From Sulfolobales archaeon (GTDB lineage Archaea > Thermoproteota > Thermoprotei_A > Sulfolobales > NBVN01): DNA of 64,000 nucleotides. A program made the translations under genes and the position numbers. This document shows positions 1 to 8,517 of the stretch, in pieces; position 1 is the first letter of the stretch; each line of letters begins with the position of its first letter. The notes beneath the pieces are model-generated. The model was not told the origin of the DNA. It searched no databases and worked only from the letters and a program-made list of their open reading frames with translations. The DNA lies in the NCBI GenBank assembly GCA_025058345.1, contig JANXEN010000002.1, forward strand, positions 33,679 to 97,678, in the 5' to 3' direction.

Positions 1-712
1 AGAGCGTCCTAGACCTTAAACTACATGTGTAATAGCTATAGCTCCTTACATCGATGGTGTACGTAGTTACTGAGGTTTCAACCTCCCTTCCATTAATTTC
101 ATTAATTAATTCCTTCATATTATTAACTATTAAATCACTTAAACCGAGTTTATGAGCCTCATAAGCACTTAAGACTAAGTTGTTAGTTATAAATGCCTTA
201 ACCAGTGATGCGTTCCTACCTCTTACCTCAGCGTAGAGAACTGCCTTCTCAATTATAGGGTTTAATACTTTACTCTCATTTAAGTATCTTACACTACCTG
301 TTAGCGGGTCGTATGAAACTGGCTGCATAGCACCTATGATGGAGTTGGGGCTCAATGCGATTACATGGGTGGGTAGGAGTATTAACGTACCAGCGCTTAA
401 GGCCTTACCTCCAGCGACGAAACCTATGACGGGGACCTTAGATGAGTATATGGCATCACCTATAGCTAGCGCTGAGTCTAGCCAGCCGCCGTACGAATCT
501 ATTGAGATTATTAACACGCTCTTCGAGGATTCCGCAACCTCTAAAGCTTCCTTAACGCATTCGGCGATGCCTGGATCTATGGTGTCCCACGGGGGTCTTA
601 CCTCAACTACTAACGCATCGTTAATCGATCTTGATGCGTCAAATATTGGTAATGAAGGGAGTATTATTAGAAAAACTACATACAGTACTAACCGAATAGG
701 TAGATAACGCAT
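1..712 (-). CDS. NfeD-like membrane-bound ClpP-class serine protease (3' end runs off the window)
   Basis: Absent from the ORF track because it has no stop inside the window. My minus-strand translation from the ATG at 712 stays open to base 1: MRYLPIRLVLYVVFLIILPSL...LIISIDSYGGWLDSALAIGDAIY...GFVAGGKALSAGTLILLPTHV... It has an N-terminal hydrophobic segment and then a ClpP/SppA-like GxxAxSAG serine motif. It lies 3 nt downstream of the stomatin gene, the classic stomatin-NfeD pair. Confidence 0.7.
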   Translation of the reverse strand, partial: MRYLPIRLVLYVVFLIILPSLPIFDASRSINDALVVEVRPPWDTIDPGIAECVKEALEVAESSKSVLIISIDSYGGWLDSALAIGDAIYSSKVPVIGFVAGGKALSAGTLILLPTHVIALSPNSIIGAMQPVSYDPLTGSVRYLNESKVLNPIIEKAVLYAEVRGRNASLVKAFITNNLVLSAYEAHKLGLSDLIVNNMKELINEINGREVETSVTTYTIDVRSYSYYTCSLRSRTL

Positions 713-715
713 AAC

Positions 716-1510
716 TTACTTTCCTTCTTCCTTACTTAAGTGTTTCACAACTCCGATCGATGTTGATAACGCGCTTAACTCAGGCCTCGACGTCTCCGTA
801 ACTACGATCAGTGACTTCTCCTTAGCTATTTCACTTAAAGTCTGAAGTTCCCTAAGCCTAATGGCTACTGCATGCCTCTCATATTCCTCCGCAGCCTCAG
901 AAAGTATCTTAGATGCTTGCTTCTCACCCTCAGCCTCAATTACCCTAGCCCTTCTCCACCTCTCAGCTTCTGCCTGCTTAGCCATAGCTCTCTTCATGTT
1001 TTCAGGTAATTCAACACCCTTTAAGGTAACACCCACTACTTTAATTCCCCACGGCATTGTAGTCTCATCTATTATGCCTTGAATCCTCTTGTTTAGTTCA
1101 TCCCTCTTTGAGAGTAGGTCATCTAGCTCTACCTGGCCTATTACGTCCCTCAGAACTGTCTGACTCAGTAAAGTTATCGTGTAGGGGTAATTAGCCACCT
1201 TAGTTACTGCCTTCTCAGGGTCTGCAACCCTGTAGTAAATAACGGCATCAACGTTCACAGTCACATTATCTCTTGTCATTATTTCCTGCCTAGGCACATC
1301 TGTAGTCACCACCCTCAAATCAACCTTAACTAAACTATCGACGAAGGGGATGATGATGAATAGGCCTGGACCTCTAACCCCCACTAACCTCCCAAGCCTG
1401 AAGAGGACAGCTCTTTCGTACTCCCTAACGACCTTAATGCTTGCGCTAAGTAAGGAGAACACGATTAAAACCACGAACACGATCAATATTAAAGTAAATA
1501 TATCAATCAA
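716..1510 (-). CDS. Stomatin/prohibitin-family (SPFH, band 7) membrane protein
   Basis: N-terminal TM helix, then SPFH-domain sequence (VVREYERAVLFRLGRL, DLRVVTTDVPRQEIMTRDNV) and a C-terminal coiled coil (AKQAEAERWRRARVIEAEGE). Confidence 0.9.
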   Translation of the reverse strand: MIDIFTLILIVFVVLIVFSLLSASIKVVREYERAVLFRLGRLVGVRGPGLFIIIPFVDSLVKVDLRVVTTDVPRQEIMTRDNVTVNVDAVIYYRVADPEKAVTKVANYPYTITLLSQTVLRDVIGQVELDDLLSKRDELNKRIQGIIDETTMPWGIKVVGVTLKGVELPENMKRAMAKQAEAERWRRARVIEAEGEKQASKILSEAAEEYERHAVAIRLRELQTLSEIAKEKSLIVVTETSRPELSALSTSIGVVKHLSKEEGK

Positions 1511-1524
1511 CGATATGTACCCAC

Positions 1525-1558
1525 GAATAAGTTGGCTACATTGATTTTAAACTTATTC
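1525..1558. promoter_or_regulatory. 9-bp perfect inverted repeat in the divergent stomatin/hjc promoter region
   Basis: GAATAAGTT (1525-1533), a 16-nt spacer, then AACTTATTC (1550-1558). It sits 15-48 nt upstream of the stomatin start at 1510. TATA-like TTTATAG and TTTTAAA are nearby. Confidence 0.25.
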
Positions 1559-1614
1559 TTTAAGCTAATTTTATAGCTTTAAAACGTTAATTATGATGTG
1601 ATTAGGTGTATTTA

Positions 1615-2046
1615 ATGAGGAGGATTAAGGGATACGTAGCTGAGCGTGAGTTGGTCATTAAGCTCTGGAAGTTAGGTTTTGCTGTTATGCGTGCCCCAGC
1701 AAGCGGTGCAAAGATCAAAAAAGCTAAGTATCCTGACTTAATTGCGATTAAATCATCTAAGGTTTTAGTGTTTGAGGTCAAGAGTAGGTCTAAGGCCGAA
1801 AGCATATACATAAATGGTGAGCAGATCCGTAAGTTGAGAGACTTTGCTGATAGGGCGGGTGGTCATGCATTTATAGTTGTTAAAATCTCAGGTGATAAGT
1901 GGAGGGCTATAAGTCTAGAGCAGCTGGAGAAGGTGAACGATAACACCTACAAGATAAGTAAGGACGCTCTGCTAAGCAGTAAACATCTCGATGAGTTACT
2001 GAGGGAGCTAAAGCTGATATCTTCGCTTGAAGAATTTATAAAATAG
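1615..2046 (+). CDS. hjc: Holliday junction resolvase Hjc
   Basis: KGYVAERELVIKLWKLGFAVMRAPASGAK...PDLIAIKSSKVLVFEVKSR matches the archaeal Hjc nuclease core (E..., PD, E-x-K). AGGTG lies 7 nt before the ATG at 1615. The track start at 1606 is GTG. Confidence 0.85.
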   Translation: MRRIKGYVAERELVIKLWKLGFAVMRAPASGAKIKKAKYPDLIAIKSSKVLVFEVKSRSKAESIYINGEQIRKLRDFADRAGGHAFIVVKISGDKWRAISLEQLEKVNDNTYKISKDALLSSKHLDELLRELKLISSLEEFIK

Positions 2047-2102
2047 GTGTAAACCCGGAGATGTTTGGTGGTAATGAATAAGTTGTTTGGAGAAATTATT
2101 AG

Positions 2103-2303
2103 GTGGTTGATGCTTATATGGGTGAGGAAGTAGTTTTAGAACTTGTTGAGGAGTACGTAATAAACGGTGAGCATAGGTTTAAGCTAAGGATGAAGGGAAC
2201 TAACCTAGTGTTCAACGTATCTGGAGATAGTTTAGAGGATGCGGTGAGGAAGGCGGTATCGATTATTAAGTCCCTCAAATTAAATGGGGCCGCCGGGATT
2301 TGA
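2103..2303 (+). CDS. Hypothetical small protein (uncertain)
   Basis: 66-aa ORF with protein-like composition (MGEEVVLELVEEYVINGEHRFKLRMKG...). Its last 19 nt overlap tRNA-Pro on the opposite strand. No motif recognised. Confidence 0.3.
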   Translation: MVDAYMGEEVVLELVEEYVINGEHRFKLRMKGTNLVFNVSGDSLEDAVRKAVSIIKSLKLNGAAGI

Positions 2304-2393
2304 ACCCGGGACCTTACTGAGGTATGCCCTACCAGCGGTCCGGCGGGGATTCCTCCCCAGGCTGGCATCCTAGCCAAGCTAGACTACGGCCCC
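2285..2393 (-). tRNA. tRNA-Pro (anticodon GGG) with two introns
   Basis: Minus strand reads GGGGCCG-TA-GTCT..GGAT-G-CCAGC-CTGGGG[17 nt]C-GCTGG-[~17 nt]AGGTC-CCGGG-TTCAAAT-CCCGG-CGGCCCC-A. Length check: 109 nt = 75 + 17 + 17. No encoded CCA. Confidence 0.85.
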
Positions 2394-2458
2394 CACACAC
2401 ATAACTAAAACATAAATTTAAACATTTACTACAACTATAACGTAGGATTTGATGGTGT

Positions 2459-3028
2459 ATGGTGAGGCTCTTCATTGCTGTGGAGGTAGAGGACCACAAT
2501 ACGTTGAGGAAAATAATTGAGGTTAAGAATAGAGTTAGTTCTTGCTCATCAGACCTCGATTTGAAGGTAGTGGAGGATGAAAACCTACACATAACCCTTA
2601 GATTCATTGGTGAAGTTAGTGAGGGCATGGTAAATGATGTGGTGAAGGTGTTAGGATGTGTTTCAGGTCTTAAGAAATTCAGTATTAGGTTTAGGGGTTT
2701 GGGGGCGTTCCCATCGACAGGGAGGCCTAGGGTTATATGGTTAGGCGTTTCTGAAGGTGCTGCGCAGTTAAAGGAAGTTAGAGATTGTATAGAGAGGGGG
2801 TTAAGGAGGTTGGGGTTTCAGGCAGAGAGGGAGGAATTCTCACCGCACTTAACCTTAGCTCGTGTTAAGGAGTTTAAACCAAGCATGTGTTTATCAGAAC
2901 TCTTCTCGGAATTATCTGATGTGGACTTAGGTACCTCCCCTATAACTAGGGTTAAGTTGAAGAAAAGTGTCTTAACGCCAAGAGGGCCTATATATTCAGA
3001 TATATTCGAAGTTCTTTTAATGGGTTAG
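2459..3028 (+). CDS. thpR: RNA 2',3'-cyclic phosphodiesterase (2H family, LigT/ThpR)
   Basis: Two H-x-T-x motifs (HITLRF and HLTLAR) at the typical 2H-family spacing. Size is ~190 aa. Confidence 0.85.
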   Translation: MVRLFIAVEVEDHNTLRKIIEVKNRVSSCSSDLDLKVVEDENLHITLRFIGEVSEGMVNDVVKVLGCVSGLKKFSIRFRGLGAFPSTGRPRVIWLGVSEGAAQLKEVRDCIERGLRRLGFQAEREEFSPHLTLARVKEFKPSMCLSELFSELSDVDLGTSPITRVKLKKSVLTPRGPIYSDIFEVLLMG

Positions 3029-3030
3029 AA

Positions 3031-4437
3031 ATGTCTGTGAAAGATTTAAAGAACATCTGTGAAGAGGTCTTAAGTAAAATACTGCCAACGCCTGAAGAAA
3101 CTCAGCAGGCATTAAATTTATTTAATGAAATTAGCTTACGTCTAGAACCCCTACTTAAAGACCTCAATTACCCATACAGGATCAGTCTAGAAGGTTCCGT
3201 CAGTAAGAACACTCACCTAAGGAATGATATGGATCTTGACGTGTTCGTACTCATTAGATATGAAGGGATGAGTAAGGAGTGGTTAGAGGACCTTGTAGAT
3301 GACATGTGTGACGTCTTAAGCGAATTCAGGCCTATAAAGCTATACGCATCTCATCCATATCTAAGATTTAAGGAGGGTGGGATTGAAGTAGACGTCGTAC
3401 CTGCCTACATGGCGCACGATGTGGGTGAGATACGGACAGCAGTAGATAGAACTATCTTCCACACAAATTTCGTTAAAGGTAAGTTAAACGGTAACGCATT
3501 AAATGAGGTGAGACTTCTGAAGAAGTTTTTCAAAGGTATTGAGGTTTACGGCGCTGAAATTAAGACTGAAGGGTTCTCAGGATACCTAACGGAACTAATC
3601 ATAATTTACTATGGTTCCTTCATAGATGCTGTGAAAGGTATTTCGAATTGGAGATTTCCTCAGGTGGTAGATTTACATAGAAGATACGACGACATGAGAG
3701 ATTATTTAAGAATCTACGGTAAGAGACCTCTGATTTTCCCAGACCCTGTAGACCATAGGAGGAACGTCGCAGCAGCTCTATCTGTTAAATCTTTCTCTTC
3801 AGCGGTCCTAGCTTGTAGGAGGTTTTTAGAGAGGCCATCAGTAAACTACTTCTTCCCGAAGGTAGAGGTAGGAGGTTGGAATGACTTAGAGGGGAGCCTC
3901 AATGAGCGTAAAACCGCGGTGGTTGGCTATATAATTTCATATAAGGCAGGAACATCTCCCGATGTTATATGGGGTGAGCTCAAGAAGTGTTTAAGACGTG
4001 GTGAGAACATTCTAAGGCAATTTAACTTTGAGGTCTTTGATAGTAATTTATGGTGTGATGAAGTGAGTAAGGCAGTACTTCTTTATGAGGTATTTCCGCC
4101 GAAACTACATCAATACGCATTACACGTAGGTCCTAAAGCGTTTAGGGGTGATGACGCGGATAAGTTCATAAGGAAGTATTTAAGGGCTGAAGGAGTTGTA
4201 GGTCCCTGGATAAATGAGTTAGGTGACTTAATGGTTTTGAAGACGAGGAAGTACTTAACACCGTATGATGTATTATTTAATGAGGCTGGGAAGGTACTTC
4301 AGGTAAAACATATTGAGAGATATAAAGTTATAGATGTAGCTGACTTAAGGGAAATTTTCGTAGGGTTTGACGATTTTAGGGTATGGTTGTATAAGTTTGT
4401 TAGGAAGAAACCTTTATGGCTTGATGACGCTACTTAA
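3031..4437 (+). CDS. cca: CCA-adding enzyme (archaeal class I tRNA nucleotidyltransferase)
   Basis: LEGSVSKNTHLRNDMDLDVFVL nucleotidyltransferase signature (GS...DxD). The ~470-aa length is typical of archaeal CCA enzymes. Confidence 0.85.
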   Translation: MSVKDLKNICEEVLSKILPTPEETQQALNLFNEISLRLEPLLKDLNYPYRISLEGSVSKNTHLRNDMDLDVFVLIRYEGMSKEWLEDLVDDMCDVLSEFRPIKLYASHPYLRFKEGGIEVDVVPAYMAHDVGEIRTAVDRTIFHTNFVKGKLNGNALNEVRLLKKFFKGIEVYGAEIKTEGFSGYLTELIIIYYGSFIDAVKGISNWRFPQVVDLHRRYDDMRDYLRIYGKRPLIFPDPVDHRRNVAAALSVKSFSSAVLACRRFLERPSVNYFFPKVEVGGWNDLEGSLNERKTAVVGYIISYKAGTSPDVIWGELKKCLRRGENILRQFNFEVFDSNLWCDEVSKAVLLYEVFPPKLHQYALHVGPKAFRGDDADKFIRKYLRAEGVVGPWINELGDLMVLKTRKYLTPYDVLFNEAGKVLQVKHIERYKVIDVADLREIFVGFDDFRVWLYKFVRKKPLWLDDAT

Positions 4438-4612
4438 TCAATTTTATGTTGCCTAATTTAGGTATCCCTAAACTATTTCCGCACTTGGAGCATCTACCCC
4501 CTAACTTAGTAGCTAGTTCGGAAGGGGTAGGTAGGCCGTAGAAATCCTGCCCGACTTTCTCAAATGAGTACAGCACGAAACCGCATGCACTACACTTATA
4601 TATGACCGGCAT
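4430..4612 (-). CDS. Small zinc-ribbon protein
   Basis: 60 aa with CxxC (CSAC) and CxxC (CSKC) pairs. Convergent with cca and overlaps it by 8 nt. Confidence 0.45.
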   Translation of the reverse strand: MPVIYKCSACGFVLYSFEKVGQDFYGLPTPSELATKLGGRCSKCGNSLGIPKLGNIKLIK

Positions 4613-4692
4613 ATAAGCACCGAGTGAATAATACCATCAGATCTTAGATAAAGATATTCGTAGTTAATACATATACTGAGTTATTACTTTAG

Positions 4693-5313
4693 ATGTATAG
4701 CTTAATTAAGAGCTCAAACTTATTACTACTTAAGGTGTTAAGTATCGAAACCACCTACAGAGGTAGGTATTTATTCATATGTGTTGCGGGTATGCCTGGT
4801 TCAGGAAAAACATTAATAGTTAATGGGGTCAAACACTTGGTTGATATGGCTATTTCTATGGGCGATGTAGTGAGGCGTGAGGCCATGAGGAGGGGTATTG
4901 AGATGACGCCTAAGTCTATTATGGAATTTGCTAAGCAGGTCCGAAGGGAGGGAGGCTCTGACTTCATTGCTAAGGAGGTGATTAAGGAGGTGTTAAATAA
5001 GGATGTAGAAGTGGTTTTAGTAGACGGTGTTAGGTCGTTAGAGGAGGTTAATACTTTTAGGAAGTTCGGTGATGTTTACGTCATAGCTATCCACTCATCA
5101 CCTAAAACGAGGTTCTTAAGGCTAATCTCAAGGGGTAGGGATGGGGACCCTAGTGATTGGGATGATTTTATGGTGAGAGATTTAAGTGAGTTAGAGCTAG
5201 GTCTAGGCTCCGTAATCGCGTTAGCGGACTTAATGATAGTTAACGAAGATTTAAGCGTGGATGAGTTAGTTAGTCAAGTAGTAAATAAAGTTAGGGAGTT
5301 AGTTAGGCGTTGA
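4693..5313 (+). CDS. P-loop nucleotide/nucleoside kinase-like protein (UPF0200-type)
   Basis: Walker A GMPGSGKT near the N-terminus, so the true start may be downstream of 4693. Adenylate-kinase-like length. Overlaps the next gene by 4 nt, the UPF0200/UPF0201 pairing known in crenarchaea. Confidence 0.6.
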   Translation: MYSLIKSSNLLLLKVLSIETTYRGRYLFICVAGMPGSGKTLIVNGVKHLVDMAISMGDVVRREAMRRGIEMTPKSIMEFAKQVRREGGSDFIAKEVIKEVLNKDVEVVLVDGVRSLEEVNTFRKFGDVYVIAIHSSPKTRFLRLISRGRDGDPSDWDDFMVRDLSELELGLGSVIALADLMIVNEDLSVDELVSQVVNKVRELVRR

Positions 5314-5750
5314 TTGAGATACGTGTTGAGGCTGAAGTTAAACCGACGGAAGACGTTGAGAAGGTTAAAAAAGCGATGCTTAACTTAGTTGATGTAAGTA
5401 AGTTAAGCATCGTAGATTTGGGCGGTGGTTATAAGTTATTAACTGGCGTCTCTAATAATATATCATCACTGATTAAACTACATAGACTCCTACGTGTTGA
5501 GAGGATCTTAGATACCGCACGCGGGATTATGCTTAAATCATTGGTAGGGGGGAATACGATAATACTTAAGTTCCATAAGCAATCAGCATATGTTGGTAAG
5601 GCATCCCTAATAACTCACGACGATGAATCCCCTCTTGGACCCATCACCTTAACCGTAACTACAGATAAGGTTAGAGAGGTTATCGATTGGTTAGCCCCTA
5701 AGACTTCGAAGGGCAGACCCCTTTGGGAATCCCCCATACCTAAAGTGTGA
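5310..5750 (+). CDS. UPF0201-type conserved archaeal protein (putative RNA-binding)
   Basis: MIEIRVEAEVKPTEDVEKVKKA... N-terminus and ~145-aa size resemble the UPF0201 family. Coupled to the upstream kinase-like gene. Confidence 0.5.
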   Translation: MIEIRVEAEVKPTEDVEKVKKAMLNLVDVSKLSIVDLGGGYKLLTGVSNNISSLIKLHRLLRVERILDTARGIMLKSLVGGNTIILKFHKQSAYVGKASLITHDDESPLGPITLTVTTDKVREVIDWLAPKTSKGRPLWESPIPKV

Positions 5751-5756
5751 GTAAAC

Positions 5757-6506
5757 CTATACGAAGAAAGTCATTAGATCTTCAGCTATTAAGGTGTTGA
5801 AGAACTTCGCCTTCGCCTCACGCTCTAACTTTAATACGTTGTCGTAACGCATGCTTACATGTGTAAGGATCAACGTCCTAGCACCGGCAAGTGCTGCATC
5901 TAAAGCTGCTTCTACAGATGTCGAGTGCATGTATTCACGTGCCTTATCTAAATCGCTGTAGCTGTACGTAGAGTCATGAATGAGTAAATCAGCTTTTTCA
6001 GCATTTTTGATGATCGTATCGCAGGGCTTCGTATCAGACGTGTAGACTATGGTTTTATTTCGAATCCGTAGTTTAAGACCGAAAGTACTTACTGAATGTG
6101 TAACTGGGAACGACTCAACTAAGTACTTAGAGCCCTCAACTCTTAAGTTCTCCCCTTCAATGACTTCATATGGGTATGAGGGGGTGAATTTAAGCATCCT
6201 CAAATTCTCTTCGACGTATTCCCTAATTCCGGGAGGTCCATATATCTTCAACTCCCTCTGAATTCCCAGTAAAGACCTTGACTCCATAAGTGGGATTAAC
6301 CCTAATACGTGGTCACCATGTAGATGCGTTACGAATATCTTAGCGACTTTAGCAAGACTTAATCCAGTTAGCGTTAAGTATTTTTGGGTGCCCTCACCAA
6401 CATCCAACAATATAACCTCACCACCGTATACGACGGCTACAGATGTGAACGCATTGACTGAAGGTGATGGTGCCCTACAACCTAAGAACACTGTCTTAAG
6501 ATTCAT
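5757..6506 (-). CDS. rnz: Metallo-beta-lactamase fold ribonuclease, probable RNase Z
   Basis: LDVGEGTQ and HLHGDH motifs at RNase Z spacing. At 249 aa it is shorter than most RNase Z proteins. Confidence 0.6.
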   Translation of the reverse strand: MNLKTVFLGCRAPSPSVNAFTSVAVVYGGEVILLDVGEGTQKYLTLTGLSLAKVAKIFVTHLHGDHVLGLIPLMESRSLLGIQRELKIYGPPGIREYVEENLRMLKFTPSYPYEVIEGENLRVEGSKYLVESFPVTHSVSTFGLKLRIRNKTIVYTSDTKPCDTIIKNAEKADLLIHDSTYSYSDLDKAREYMHSTSVEAALDAALAGARTLILTHVSMRYDNVLKLEREAKAKFFNTLIAEDLMTFFV

Positions 6507-7555
6507 CTCCTAACAGCCACATATATGTTTCTAACTAAGGATCTGTGGAGCCAGTTATAATGCTTCTCAACTAATTCGAAGCCTGCGCTATCTAACACAT
6601 CCTCTAGGGCGATCTCCTTCGACTGAGCTAATGCTAAGTATCCCCCCTTCTTGATGATATCGGCTAGACAATTAATGGTGCATTCCATCAATTCCTGAAT
6701 TGACTCACGTCCTTTACCCCTACTTAATCTACCGTATGGTGGGTCCGTACCGACTCCGTCTACAGATCTGTACGGAAGATTACAGGCATCTGCCGCTATT
6801 ACTGATGGAATACAGTTGAAATGTATTAAGTTGTTCTTAGCGCCTTCCACACACTTCCTATCTATATCTGAACCTACGTACTTAAGTCCGATGGCGCATG
6901 CCTCAATTAGAAGACCTCCAACCCCGCAGAAAGGGTCTAGGTAGGTTTCCCCTCTCTTAACGCTTACTCTACTTAAGTTAACTAGAACTCTCGACATAAC
7001 TGATTTCATTGTTCCGGGTCTGTAGGCAGGTCTATTCTTAGGGTCTTTACTGCTGAAGGTTGAGAACTCCCTTTCATAGTGCCTCTTACCCACAATTAAC
7101 AAACCATCTGTAAGGATGAAATCTATTATTGTTGGTTGCTTGACCGACTTAAATGCTTTACTAAGCGGTACGAATTTCTTAGGTATTAACGGCTTAATTA
7201 AATCTATTATTGACTCATAAGAGATCCACTTAGAGTACTCTTTAATGCGAATTAAATCGACGGTATATGTGTCCACACCCAACAACGTATTGTCCCAGTC
7301 AACATTCCTAACTATGTTTAGGAGGTTGTCATCGGATTCTGAGAGGGTGATGACCTCACCTAAGACTTTAGTCAGTGCGGCTCTCGCTACATAGGTAGTT
7401 AACTTGTCGGATGACTCAGACAGTACTACCATATCTAAGTTGGCTAACTCCCTATAACTCAGCCCCTCGGTTAAGGCGATAGACCTTAATTCCGAAATAG
7501 GTAACGTCCTATGCTCACCGGAAAGAACTATGTAGTACTTCTTAAGCTCCTCCAT
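6503..7555 (-). CDS. THUMP-domain tRNA (guanine10-N2)-methyltransferase (Trm11/Trm-G10 type)
   Basis: N-terminal THUMP-like region, SAM motif DPFCGVGGLLIEA and catalytic DPPYG. Confidence 0.75.
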   Translation of the reverse strand: MEELKKYYIVLSGEHRTLPISELRSIALTEGLSYRELANLDMVVLSESSDKLTTYVARAALTKVLGEVITLSESDDNLLNIVRNVDWDNTLLGVDTYTVDLIRIKEYSKWISYESIIDLIKPLIPKKFVPLSKAFKSVKQPTIIDFILTDGLLIVGKRHYEREFSTFSSKDPKNRPAYRPGTMKSVMSRVLVNLSRVSVKRGETYLDPFCGVGGLLIEACAIGLKYVGSDIDRKCVEGAKNNLIHFNCIPSVIAADACNLPYRSVDGVGTDPPYGRLSRGKGRESIQELMECTINCLADIIKKGGYLALAQSKEIALEDVLDSAGFELVEKHYNWLHRSLVRNIYVAVRR

Positions 7556-7556
7556 C

Positions 7557-8447
7557 TTAACTCCTAACTAAATTGTTTATCGCATCCGATATTAATGGAG
7601 CAGTATCTACTACCTCAACGCCGTTTGGAGTAGCTAGCGTATTTAAGGCATATATCTTAGATACACCGCTTGAGGCTAATTTATTGAACGCGTCACCAAC
7701 TAATAATGCATGGCTGCAGACTACGTAGATTTTAGACGCCCCTCTATCTCTTATGTATGACGCTATGCTAGCTATGGTTGTACCGGTACTCACTATGTCA
7801 TCAATTATTACGGCATCTCTGTCGGAGATATCTACCTCTAAGACTTCATGCCTTATCATGCCTGTAACTCTATCCCTAAATTTCCTAAACACAAAGTATT
7901 CAGAGCTATGTAGCTGTTTCGCAAGCTCAGCTGCCCTGTTTAGAGCTCCTTGGTCGGGAGCAATCACAACCGGATTACTCACCACTTCTTTAAGGGCTTC
8001 AGCGAATGCTGATGTGGGACTTAAGTTTATAGCCTTACCGGGAAAGTAAGCTAGGGATTCAGCCTTATGTACGTCAACGGTTATTAAGTAATCAGCGCCG
8101 GCGCTACCTAATAATTTAAGGATGGTCTTAATGCTTACCGCTTCACCGTCGAGGAATCTTCTATCTTGACGTGAGTATGCTAGATAGGGAGCTACGACGA
8201 TAACCTTCCTGCAACCTAAATCCTTAGCGGTATCTACACTTAAAAGTAGTTCGACGAGCCGCCTATCCTGTTCGGGGTAGGTTGTCTGAATCAATACTAC
8301 GTTCTCATCACTTAAATCATCATGAAATCTAACGTAGGTTTCACCATCCGGGAACTTCCTAAGATCGACTTTAGCTAGTTTTGCTTTAAGTAAGTTGCTA
8401 ATCGTTAGGTCAAGTCCATTAGCCCCCGATAAACCAGCTACTATCAA
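7557..8447 (-). CDS. prs: Ribose-phosphate pyrophosphokinase (PRPP synthetase)
   Basis: LAYSRQDRR, DVHK, and the PRPP-binding loop VIIDDIVSTGTT. Confidence 0.9.
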   Translation of the reverse strand: MIVAGLSGANGLDLTISNLLKAKLAKVDLRKFPDGETYVRFHDDLSDENVVLIQTTYPEQDRRLVELLLSVDTAKDLGCRKVIVVAPYLAYSRQDRRFLDGEAVSIKTILKLLGSAGADYLITVDVHKAESLAYFPGKAINLSPTSAFAEALKEVVSNPVVIAPDQGALNRAAELAKQLHSSEYFVFRKFRDRVTGMIRHEVLEVDISDRDAVIIDDIVSTGTTIASIASYIRDRGASKIYVVCSHALLVGDAFNKLASSGVSKIYALNTLATPNGVEVVDTAPLISDAINNLVRS

Positions 8448-8517
8448 ATTATACCCTATCTAAGATATTTGAAGAAGGATTTTAAGTTATGGTATCCTTA
8501 TTAGCTCTCATAACGTA

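Noticed and set aside
336-707. 123-aa plus-strand ORF from the track
   Set aside because: It lies entirely antisense to the open NfeD-like protease frame, which has clear motifs and is coupled to stomatin. Its composition is low-complexity, so it is a shadow ORF.
1341-1400. GATGATGATGA ... CTGA on the plus strand
   Set aside because: It lies inside the stomatin coding region on the antisense strand, and no C'/D' boxes fit the 12-nt guide spacing.
2114-2628. ORFs 2114-2377 and 2329-2628 (minus strand), and similarly 17942-18142 and 50462-50716
   Set aside because: They run through tRNA genes (Pro, Asp, Gly). Their openness is explained by the GC-rich tRNA sequence, and none has a motif.
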